Below are positions 1-8,297 of a DNA stretch of 37,543 bases, in pieces. Position 1 is the first letter of the stretch, and each line of letters opens with the position of its first letter. The stretch lies in the NCBI GenBank assembly GCA_026394835.1, contig JAPLZW010000048.1, positions 1-37,543 of the forward strand, written 5' to 3'. The position numbers and the translations under genes are program-made. The notes beneath the pieces were generated by a model. It did not search any database, was not told the origin of the DNA, and saw only the letters and a program-made list of their open reading frames with translations. The stretch is from Candidatus Wolfebacteria bacterium. GTDB lineage: Bacteria; Patescibacteriota; Minisyncoccia; UBA6257; UBA9933.

Positions 1-895
<895 letters not shown>

Positions 896-913
896 TGGAT
901 AAAAATCCTATGG

Positions 914-945
914 CCCCGCGCCAGGACAAAAGCAATGGCGCGGGG
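914..945 (-). other. Perfect 10-bp stem hairpin in the TR-to-RT spacer, a candidate structured element of the DGR RNA
   Basis: ccccgcgcca (914..923) and tggcgcgggg (936..945) are exact reverse complements around a 12-nt loop. The hairpin lies between the TR 3' end (1074) and the RT start (895). Confidence 0.6.
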
Positions 946-1073
946 GAACGGATTTGTATTTTCCCCGTCTGGAGAAAAGCCCAAACAAAGAAGGAATAAA
1001 ATCTGGGGTTTTGTTAAGCGCGCTCATTATTCCAAAAATGGAAATAAAGATTCTGGCGCGTAAAAGTCACTGA

Positions 1074-1189
1074 AACGGGCGCATCGAAACCCGACATTGT
1101 TGTTCGCATTGGTCGTATTTCAATTCAAGTTCAGCGCAAACGCGCCGGCATTCGAACCATTGTTCCAATTGCCGCCGCGAATGAAGACG
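1074..1189 (-). repeat. DGR template repeat (TR)
   Basis: Aligns without gaps to 1641..1756 at an offset of 567. All 20 mismatches are T on the plus strand of TR, which is A in the coding sense. 20 of the 27 such positions differ. Read in the VR frame, TR is rich in AAT/AAC codons and contains an in-frame TGA, so it is non-coding. Confidence 0.93.
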
Positions 1190-1248
1190 CCCTGTTTTAC
1201 TGATTTTATCCCTCCAACATTTTTTATTGATAGCCAATGCTGGTTAAT

Positions 1249-1596
1249 TTAAAATTTTTTCCGCCAGGCCCCCAACAATCTCCCTATCTCAATAAGCTTC
1301 TCCGAAGCGGCTTTATAATGCGGAAAACTGATTCCTCCTTCTTTATTGTATTCATGCCCGGCCCTTATCAAGATTTTTATCATCTCTAAAATTGTCAAGC
1401 ACTCGACGATTTCCTTTTCTCTGCCGTCTCTCGACATATTGGATCTTATAATTTGTTTTAAAAGATTTACGGTTTCGTTTTCAAGCTGTATCCCAAGGCT
1501 GTATTTATGAACTTTGGCAAGATGCCTGACAACTGTTTTCTGCCAGACGAAAAAATCATAAGTTTTCTGAAACGCAATCAAATCTTCAATGGCCAT
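1249..1596 (-). CDS. avd: DGR accessory variability determinant (Avd), a small four-helix-bundle protein
   Basis: 115-aa basic helical ORF lying between the target gene and TR, the canonical Avd position and size. The sequence style (YDFFVW..., LLKQIIRSN, LIEIGRLLGAWRKK) resembles Avd and 23S-rRNA-IVS-like four-helix-bundle proteins. Confidence 0.8.
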   Translation of the reverse strand: MAIEDLIAFQKTYDFFVWQKTVVRHLAKVHKYSLGIQLENETVNLLKQIIRSNMSRDGREKEIVECLTILEMIKILIRAGHEYNKEGGISFPHYKAASEKLIEIGRLLGAWRKKF

Positions 1597-1638
1597 TTTA
1601 ATTGACGTTAGATTTTAGATTAAATTAACAAAACCCCT

Positions 1639-3090
1639 TCAACGGGCGCAACGAAACCCGACACCGCTGCTCGCACTGGCCGCACCCCAAACCAAGTTCA
1701 GCGCAAACGCGCCGGCAACCGAACCATCGCTCCAAAGGCCGCCGCGAAAGAAGACGGTCGTCCCCTGATTGGCTCCGGTGCCGTAGGTGTAGACCCGCCC
1801 TACGCCCTGATTGGAGTTCCACGAAGTGTTGGAGGGACCGACATTGGCCTGCGCCACATCGGCGCTCCACGCGGAGATGTATGGCGTAAGGGAACTGCCA
1901 TACTGACCCCAGTTCCAGTTTGCTGCGCCATCGGAACGGGCAGGCAGAGCCATAGTGGTCGTAAGGTCGCCCGCGTTATTCACGCTCCTTTGGACGTGCT
2001 GCCAGACGTTGCCCGCGAAATCCCACACGACCGAGCCGTTTGAAAGCGTAAGCGTTCTTCGCTGGTTGCCGCCCTGATTCGTTTCACCCGCATAGCCGTT
2101 TGAGTCATTAAGGTCGGCTGTCAAGGCGTAAGCCGGAACGTTGTCGTTGTGGCCGGAATACATATATCCGGAACCAAGGGCTCCACCCGACCAATTCCCG
2201 GAAACCTGCTCGGCGTTTCTTGCGATTGTCATATATTCGTCATTCGTCAAAAGGTGCGCGCCCAAGGACTGGCAGTAAGTGAGAGCGGTATTGTGGCTGA
2301 TGTAGGTGATGGGATAGCCGTCCGGAGTGGAAGCGATATATTTGCCGTTTGCCGAGGTGCAGGGAGCGCTGGAATCGTAGTAAGTGTGGTAGCCGCTGTC
2401 GGGCGAGTTTAAGGGCGTATTATTTGAGCCCTGGACGCACTTCGCGTCATATTTCATCACCCAGAAATCAGACGTGCCGAAAGCGCCGTTGCCCGGAACT
2501 TTAACCCAGCCCGAAGGGAAAACCGGGCTTCCCAAAGACATATCCGTTCCCGCCTCAAAAGCCTGGGAAGCGGTGCCGCCGTCCAGCCTGGCTTTTGATT
2601 GATATTTGTCGGACTCAAGAACCGCGAGGACTTTCCAGCTTCCGCCCGGAATATATTCGTAGTAATTGTATGTGGATGTCGCGTTTATGGGGTCAACCGG
2701 CAGTTTTTCCAATGGCGCGCCATAGGAGACCAAGGTGAAATTCAGCGGTATCCAGCCGGTGCCGTTTATATTCCGGAGAGTGGAACTTGTGACGCAGACG
2801 TAAGTCCAGCCATAAGGCGGAGTTGGCAGACCCAAGTCCGAACAATTGGTTTGGTTAGATGGGATGGAAACGTAAATCGTATTCACTGTCCCAAGATTTG
2901 TCTGGCCCGAAGACTGATAAACTGCCAAAGCTTTGTTCAGAGTCGCCAAATCAGCCATGCGGTTGCTATCCCGAGACTGCTTTATGAGTTCCAGGGGATT
3001 CAAAGTCACAACCGCGACTGTGGCAAGGACGGCGAGAATGCCTATCACGATGAGAAGCTCGATTAAAGTAAAGGATAATTCCCTGTTCAT
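1639..3090 (-). CDS. DGR target protein: type IV pilin-like N-terminus fused to a C-terminal FGE-sulfatase/C-type-lectin-fold domain that carries the VR
   Basis: The N-terminus MNRELS/FTLIELLIVIGILAVLATVAVV matches the prepilin cleavage/methylation motif, with Glu at +5. It is followed by a pilin-style helix (LIKQSRDSNRMADLATLNKAL). The C-terminal half has the FGE/CLec signature (ALTYCQSLGAHLLTNDEYMTIA ... RGGLW ... GFRCAR). Confidence 0.88.
   Translation of the reverse strand: MNRELSFTLIELLIVIGILAVLATVAVVTLNPLELIKQSRDSNRMADLATLNKALAVYQSSGQTNLGTVNTIYVSIPSNQTNCSDLGLPTPPYGWTYVCVTSSTLRNINGTGWIPLNFTLVSYGAPLEKLPVDPINATSTYNYYEYIPGGSWKVLAVLESDKYQSKARLDGGTASQAFEAGTDMSLGSPVFPSGWVKVPGNGAFGTSDFWVMKYDAKCVQGSNNTPLNSPDSGYHTYYDSSAPCTSANGKYIASTPDGYPITYISHNTALTYCQSLGAHLLTNDEYMTIARNAEQVSGNWSGGALGSGYMYSGHNDNVPAYALTADLNDSNGYAGETNQGGNQRRTLTLSNGSVVWDFAGNVWQHVQRSVNNAGDLTTTMALPARSDGAANWNWGQYGSSLTPYISAWSADVAQANVGPSNTSWNSNQGVGRVYTYGTGANQGTTVFFRGGLWSDGSVAGAFALNLVWGAASASSGVGFRCAR
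1641..1756 (-). repeat. DGR variable repeat (VR) at the 3' end of the target gene
   Basis: Counterpart of TR. Encodes ..VFFRGGLWSDGSVAGAFALNLVWGAASASSGVGFRCAR*. TR Asn codons correspond to L, S, D, V, V, G, S, S, S and G in VR. Both copies share the 3' block GGGTTTCG(A/T)TGCGCCCGTT and diverge just past the stop codon. Confidence 0.93.
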
Positions 3091-3091
3091 T

Positions 3092-4414
3092 TTATTCCTT
3101 TAAGACTATCATCAAATCCGCCACGTTGAAACTTTTCGGCTCCGCGTATATTAAATCACCGGTTTTTTTGAAAAATTCAAAAGTGCTGTGGCTATCCAGA
3201 TATTCTTCAATGCTCAATCCGAGTTTTTGGGCTGTTTTTAAAGTTTCTTCGTCCCCAATCGCTCCGGCGGCTTCGGTATTATCGTGGCCGTCGGAAGCGA
3301 AGGAGACGATAACGATATCAGATTTAAGATTTAAGCCGTAAGATTTAAGACCACCAAGCACCACTTCCATATTGCGCCCGCCTTTACCGATTTTGCTTTG
3401 GCCAAAATTCACGGTTGTTTCGCCGGCAAATATGTATGCTTCTCCTGATTTGATTTCATCCAAAAACGGCAGAAGAAAATCTTTAGCTTCGCCCTGCATC
3501 GCAAGCCCTTTTATGCGCGGTTCAAGCCCCAGCTCCCGGGCTTTATTAAACATCGCCATTACCGCATCCTCATTATAAACCAAAAGAATATTTTTAGTTT
3601 TTTTGAAATATTTTTCGTCTTTGGGCGTTTCGATTAATGAAAAATCCTCGGGGCTTAGTCCATATTTTTTTAAAATATTTTCCGCGTCGGTCTTAGTAGT
3701 ATAATCCGAAACCGTGGGTCCCGAAGAAACCATGCTCAAATCATTGCCGCAAACATCGGATACTATAAGCGAAATCAGGGTCGCGGGACACGATAACTTC
3801 GCCAAGCCTCCGGCTTTGAATTCCGACAGGTGCTTTCTCACGGTATTAAGCTCAATTATATCCGCTCCAGACTTCGTAAGAGCCTTGGTAGCCAAAATTG
3901 AGGCATTAAGCTCGCTCTCCGAGGCGCAAGCCAAAGCCGAACCACCCCCGCAAATAACCGAAATCAGCAAATCTTTTTCGGTTAAATTTCCCGCAAGCTC
4001 CATTATTTTTTGAGTGGCAAAAATATTCTCTTTCGACGGTAGTGGGTGCGTTCCTGTAAAAATTTTGATTTTTGATATTTGATTTTTGATTTCCGGATTT
4101 TGAACATCCAACGCGATTCCCCGGGTTAATTTATCGCCTAAAATTTCAGCCAGAGAGACTGACGCCAATGCCGAACCCTTACCGATACCAACGATAAAAA
4201 TATTTTCAAAATCAGCTAAGTTCAATTTTGTTTCTTCGTAAATTGTCTTTTCTTCCCACGGGGAAATATGCTCAATAGTAAGAATATCGCCATTTCTTTT
4301 TACCTTGCGCGGCATGGATTTTTCTATATCAATCGCCTCATAGCCGGCATCCGCGATTAAAAGCGCTTTTTTACGCAATGAATTCCGTGATAATTCCCCA
4401 ATATTGGTTATCAT
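3092..4414 (-). CDS. Glycerate 2-kinase / hydroxypyruvate reductase-like protein (DUF4147 + MOFRL family)
   Basis: 440 aa with family motifs GIGKGSALAS, CGGGSAL, AGETTV, GKGGRNMEV and ASDGHDNT. Confidence 0.8.
   Translation of the reverse strand: MITNIGELSRNSLRKKALLIADAGYEAIDIEKSMPRKVKRNGDILTIEHISPWEEKTIYEETKLNLADFENIFIVGIGKGSALASVSLAEILGDKLTRGIALDVQNPEIKNQISKIKIFTGTHPLPSKENIFATQKIMELAGNLTEKDLLISVICGGGSALACASESELNASILATKALTKSGADIIELNTVRKHLSEFKAGGLAKLSCPATLISLIVSDVCGNDLSMVSSGPTVSDYTTKTDAENILKKYGLSPEDFSLIETPKDEKYFKKTKNILLVYNEDAVMAMFNKARELGLEPRIKGLAMQGEAKDFLLPFLDEIKSGEAYIFAGETTVNFGQSKIGKGGRNMEVVLGGLKSYGLNLKSDIVIVSFASDGHDNTEAAGAIGDEETLKTAQKLGLSIEEYLDSHSTFEFFKKTGDLIYAEPKSFNVADLMIVLKE
3321..3348. 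repeat. Heptamer tandem array (gatttaa x4, one degenerate) in frame in the glycerate kinase gene
   Basis: gatttaa|gatttaa|gccgtaa|gatttaa. Encodes LKSYGLNLKS on the minus strand. Confidence 0.85.
4063..4104. repeat. Heptamer tandem array, 6 units (42 nt), in frame in the glycerate kinase gene
   Basis: ttttgat|ttttgat|atttgat|ttttgat|ttccgga|ttttgaa. Encodes NPEIKNQISKIKIF. Confidence 0.85.
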
Positions 4415-5190
4415 TGATTTTTTGAAAATAAAAGGGCTGCGCCAAGAGCGCCGGCATTTTTTAATTTTGTAATTAAAATTACAGTCTTGGCTTTTTCATT
4501 AAATAGGTACTTGCGGATTTCCGACTTTGCCGCGGGCAAATACTTGCGGCTTTCGTTATGGCCGAATCCGCCTCCGATAATAATCGCGTCGGGAGCAAAA
4601 ATATTGATGAAAGACACCAAGCCTTTGCCAATCAGCTTTCCGGCTTGCCTAAAGTCTCCCTTATCTCTGGATGATTGGAATAATTTTTCCAAAAAAACAT
4701 CTCCCATGACAATATGCCCGAATTCCGCGCCAAAATTATTTTTGCCCCGGTAAATACGGCGGTTAATAACAATTCCTCCGCCGATGCCCGTGCCCAAAGT
4801 CAAAGCCAAAAAATTCTGGAATTTTTTTCCTTGTCCGAGCAGTAATTCCGCGCGGGTAAAGCAGTTGGCATCGTTATCTATCCTTACTGTTTTAAATCCG
4901 TTGAGATGAAAGAATTTAACCAAACTCAAATCACGCGCATATTTAATGTTGGGCGAATGCCTGACTACGCCGCTTTTTGTATCCACCGCTCCGGCCATGC
5001 CCACTCCGACCGCGTAAATCTTAGCTCCAGCCGACAAGAAATCCGCTATTTTAATTAAATTACGCTTAAACTCGGATAAATTTTTAGGAGTAGTAACAGT
5101 CAGCTCTTTTTTAATTTTTTTGCCGTCAAAAAGAATCCCGGTAATTTTAGTGCCTCCGATGTCGATTCCAATTACGGTCTTCATATCCAA
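4411..5190 (-). CDS. ROK-family sugar kinase (glucokinase-like)
   Basis: GIDIGGTKI N-terminal ATP motif, DNDANC, and LTLGTGIGGG. Its stop overlaps the start of the downstream gene by 4 nt. Confidence 0.8.
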   Translation of the reverse strand: MDMKTVIGIDIGGTKITGILFDGKKIKKELTVTTPKNLSEFKRNLIKIADFLSAGAKIYAVGVGMAGAVDTKSGVVRHSPNIKYARDLSLVKFFHLNGFKTVRIDNDANCFTRAELLLGQGKKFQNFLALTLGTGIGGGIVINRRIYRGKNNFGAEFGHIVMGDVFLEKLFQSSRDKGDFRQAGKLIGKGLVSFINIFAPDAIIIGGGFGHNESRKYLPAAKSEIRKYLFNEKAKTVILITKLKNAGALGAALLFSKNQ

Positions 5191-5205
5191 TCTATTTTCT
5201 CATTT

Positions 5206-6213
5206 CTATTTATTAATAAGTTCCTTTGCCGCCTGCCAAAATTCCGGGTGATTTTGTTTGGTTTTCAACCAATACCACCATTCACTGCCCCAAAGATACG
5301 CTTCGGGGAAGCCGACTGTTTTCGTATATAGAATATTATCACGAAAATCATTCAGATTCATTTTTGAGAACTGCAGATCAAGAGAAGTTTCATAGAGCAT
5401 CTTTGTGAGCCAGGGCTCGCCTTGCAGCTCCGAGATAACTATCGGCTTATTGGGATAAAAAATATGAAGCAGATTAGCCTTAAACCAGAAATATTGAGGA
5501 GGCAGAGGATAAGTGATATAGCCGAAAAACCGGTTATAAACCTTGCGATACATCGTAGTGCCAAAAACATCCGCTCGGCTGGCTGCCTTGAACCATAATC
5601 CCATTTCGCCTCCATCGGTAAGCATAATCTTATGGTTGGGGTCCAATGAACGGACTAGGGCAATCTCCTTATCCACAAAGCTCGGGTCAGCCAAATCACA
5701 CTCGCCGAATATTAAGAAAGGTTCATTTTCAACCTGCCAAAGACGGAGCGCCGGGGAATCCCTATACTTAAGAACGGTTTCTTTTATATAACCCAAGAGC
5801 AAGTTTTTTTCCTCTTCTTGATTTAAGCTTTTAGCCCATTCCGGAATATGGCATTCGGGCCAGCGCGGCAGACGCCGGCCGACCACAAGAACCAGGCCGG
5901 TGTTCTGTTTTTCTGATTGATCCACTATCCAGTCATAATCAGCGAATGAATACTTCCCTTTTTCCGCTTCCACATCCGACCAGTAAACCGGTAAGCGCAC
6001 CGACTTTGGGCGTAAATCCTTCTGGATGGCGGAGAAGGCCTCCTTCCAATCCAAACCCATCTGGCTCGCGAAAAGCCGGGAGAAAGAAATATTCCATTGG
6101 ATATTTTCGGAAAAACCGGCAGGTTTCACGAAAAATAAGGATATTGAAAACAAAACCAGCAGAATTGCGAGAGCGGATAAAATCCACAAAACTTTCTTTG
6201 AAATTTTTTTCAT
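5206..6213 (-). CDS. Membrane-anchored clan GH-A (TIM-barrel) glycoside hydrolase-like protein
   Basis: N-terminal TM helix, a YWSDVEAEKGKYSF pattern, and WQVENEP (NEP acid/base motif of clan GH-A). The exact family is not assignable by eye. Confidence 0.55.
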   Translation of the reverse strand: MKKISKKVLWILSALAILLVLFSISLFFVKPAGFSENIQWNISFSRLFASQMGLDWKEAFSAIQKDLRPKSVRLPVYWSDVEAEKGKYSFADYDWIVDQSEKQNTGLVLVVGRRLPRWPECHIPEWAKSLNQEEEKNLLLGYIKETVLKYRDSPALRLWQVENEPFLIFGECDLADPSFVDKEIALVRSLDPNHKIMLTDGGEMGLWFKAASRADVFGTTMYRKVYNRFFGYITYPLPPQYFWFKANLLHIFYPNKPIVISELQGEPWLTKMLYETSLDLQFSKMNLNDFRDNILYTKTVGFPEAYLWGSEWWYWLKTKQNHPEFWQAAKELINK

Positions 6214-7100
6214 AACGCTAAAACTCCGAGCCCGACGGCAATTATAATTATGGCAATGACTTTCTGGATAACAGATCGTTTTCGAGTTTCTTCCTTTAGA
6301 ATGTGGGGAAATTTATGGGACAAAATTAAAGCCAGGATAAAAAGAAAAGAATACTGCAGCCCCTGAAGGGCGTTGACCAGGCCGATACTCGTCAGCGTAA
6401 AGGAATAGTTCAAAAGAATAAGAGCCAATCCGCCCAAAGCTTTATTGCCAATAAGAATTGCTCCGGTTCTGGCGCCGGCGTTTTTCCCTGTTTCAAAAAC
6501 GAGCCGGCGGACTCTGCGGGGGATAATAAGCAAAAACGCCGCAAGAAAAATTCCTATACGGGTCCAAATATAGCCATTAATAAACGGCTGATTCAAATAA
6601 ACGAGTTTTGCCGCGGCGAAGGAAGATGCGAGAAATAAAACCGACAGCAGGACAAACCAAAACCCCTTTATCTTCCAGGAAAATCCTTCTTTTTCGGCCG
6701 AAATTAAAATGCCTCCGATTAAGAGAATCGCAAAAGCTATTAATTCTTTTTCGTTCAATTTTTCGCCGAAAATAAAATAGCCGAGAGTCAAAGAAAAAAT
6801 GGGTGTCATCACTCCGGCAATAGTCGCTATCCGCGAGGCTTCATTCTTATTAAGAGCGCTATAAAAACAAAAAAGCGAAGAAAGGAACAAAAACCCGCTC
6901 AAAAAAGCGGTGAGAATAATTCCTGTGGGCGGTAAAAAAAAGCCAAAAGGCGCAAGGACTAGCGCGGTTATGCTTAGAATGCCGACAAAAAAAGAAAAAA
7001 CCGCCGGAGACGGCATCCTCCTGCTAACCAAAAATTTGTCCGTTATTGAGGTTACCGCGGTTAAAAAATAAGAAGCGGCAGATATAAAAATCCAAAGCAT
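6210..7100 (-). CDS. EamA/DMT-superfamily transporter
   Basis: 296 aa with about 10 hydrophobic segments and a two-fold internal repeat typical of EamA. Confidence 0.65.
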   Translation of the reverse strand: MLWIFISAASYFLTAVTSITDKFLVSRRMPSPAVFSFFVGILSITALVLAPFGFFLPPTGIILTAFLSGFLFLSSLFCFYSALNKNEASRIATIAGVMTPIFSLTLGYFIFGEKLNEKELIAFAILLIGGILISAEKEGFSWKIKGFWFVLLSVLFLASSFAAAKLVYLNQPFINGYIWTRIGIFLAAFLLIIPRRVRRLVFETGKNAGARTGAILIGNKALGGLALILLNYSFTLTSIGLVNALQGLQYSFLFILALILSHKFPHILKEETRKRSVIQKVIAIIIIAVGLGVLAL

Positions 7101-7103
7101 GCT

Positions 7104-8297
7104 TTAAATCCGGTTATCTCTGCATATTTTAGCATAATCTCGGGCACTCGTCCGAATTTTCCGCTCCATAGTTTTATAATCCATTTCCACCAGGCCGAAG
7201 CGCGGACAAAAACCGTTATCCCATTCAAAATTGTCGAGTAGGGACCAATAAAAATACCCCCTCACATCAGCTCCTTCCCCCATCGCTTTTGCCATAGCCC
7301 CGATATGCTCGGCTATAAAATGCGAGCGCCTTTCATCTTCATCCCAAACGCCGTTTTCAATAACGTAAATCGGCTTTTCGTATCGCCCGGCAAAATCTTT
7401 CAAAATAAAATAAAATCCCTCCGGGTCAAAAGGCCAATTTTTGAATTTGACATGTTCGGCCGTATCCCGATCGGAATGATAATAGTTTAAACCGATAAAA
7501 TCCTGACAATCGCGAATAGATGAGAAAAAAAGGTGATTCCAAAAATAATTCTTCAGCTTATTCATAAATCGGGTGAAATAAATGATATGGTGGGTTATGC
7601 CGACGCAAGCCTCGGGATTGGCCGTTTTGATGATTTTGTACGCGGCGATATGCGCCCGAGACAGATGACGGTTAACAACAAGATACCGAAACAACGATTT
7701 GCTTTGAGGCGGCCGGATTCCCTCCCAATATCCTTTGCCGGCGTAAACATTGGTTTCATTAAGGGTTATCCAAAATTTAACTTCCGGGAAAACCGAGGCG
7801 ACTATCCTGACATATCTCGCGAAATAATCCGGAGCATTTTTATTAAACCAGCCGCCTTTGTCGCGGAACCATAAAGGAATCGTCCAGTGCCAAAGAGTAA
7901 TAAAAGGCTCAATGCCCCGCTCGCGCAAAGCCTTTACTACTTCTCGATAATGGCTTATTTCTTTTTCGCTGAATTTTCCTTCTTCGGGCTCGATGCGCGA
8001 CCACTCGATTGAAAAACGGTGGGCATTCTGATTTAAAGATTTGGCGATGTCAAAATCTTCCCGAAAACGATTATAATGGTCGCAAGTTTTTCCGGAAATA
8101 TAATTTTGGGAATTTTGCGCCCGATCTTTTATCTCGGGCCAAACAGGCAAACGTCCGGATTTTTTTTCCGATTGAAGAGCCAAACGCCCGGCATTGGCCT
8201 TTTCCCACGCCGACCAATCGTTAATATTCCCGCCCTCAACTTGATGAGCTGAGGTGGCGCTGCCCCAAAAAAACCCTTTCGGAAACTGAAAATTCAT
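7104..8297 (-). CDS. GH1-family beta-glucosidase
   Basis: FPKGFFWGSATSAHQVEGG N-terminal signature, ITLNETN acid/base region, YVIENG nucleophile motif, and WSLLDNFEW. Confidence 0.88.
   Translation of the reverse strand: MNFQFPKGFFWGSATSAHQVEGGNINDWSAWEKANAGRLALQSEKKSGRLPVWPEIKDRAQNSQNYISGKTCDHYNRFREDFDIAKSLNQNAHRFSIEWSRIEPEEGKFSEKEISHYREVVKALRERGIEPFITLWHWTIPLWFRDKGGWFNKNAPDYFARYVRIVASVFPEVKFWITLNETNVYAGKGYWEGIRPPQSKSLFRYLVVNRHLSRAHIAAYKIIKTANPEACVGITHHIIYFTRFMNKLKNYFWNHLFFSSIRDCQDFIGLNYYHSDRDTAEHVKFKNWPFDPEGFYFILKDFAGRYEKPIYVIENGVWDEDERRSHFIAEHIGAMAKAMGEGADVRGYFYWSLLDNFEWDNGFCPRFGLVEMDYKTMERKIRTSARDYAKICRDNRI

Noticed and set aside
1190-1215. Possible extension of TR beyond 1189, sharing cctg..ctgatt with 1757..1770
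   Set aside because: Matching it needs a 2-nt indel and mismatches at non-adenine positions. That is inconsistent with DGR copying, so the boundary was set at 1189/1756.
1625-1870. 81-aa minus-strand ORF overlapping the VR region in another frame
   Set aside because: An alternative frame of the GC-rich target gene. The 483-aa frame carries the pilin and lectin-fold motifs and the codon-level TR/VR logic.
2149-3066. Plus-strand ORFs (2149..2412, 2599..3066) antisense to the DGR target
   Set aside because: Shadow ORFs, expected in a GC-rich stretch. No motifs, and fully contained in a well-supported gene.
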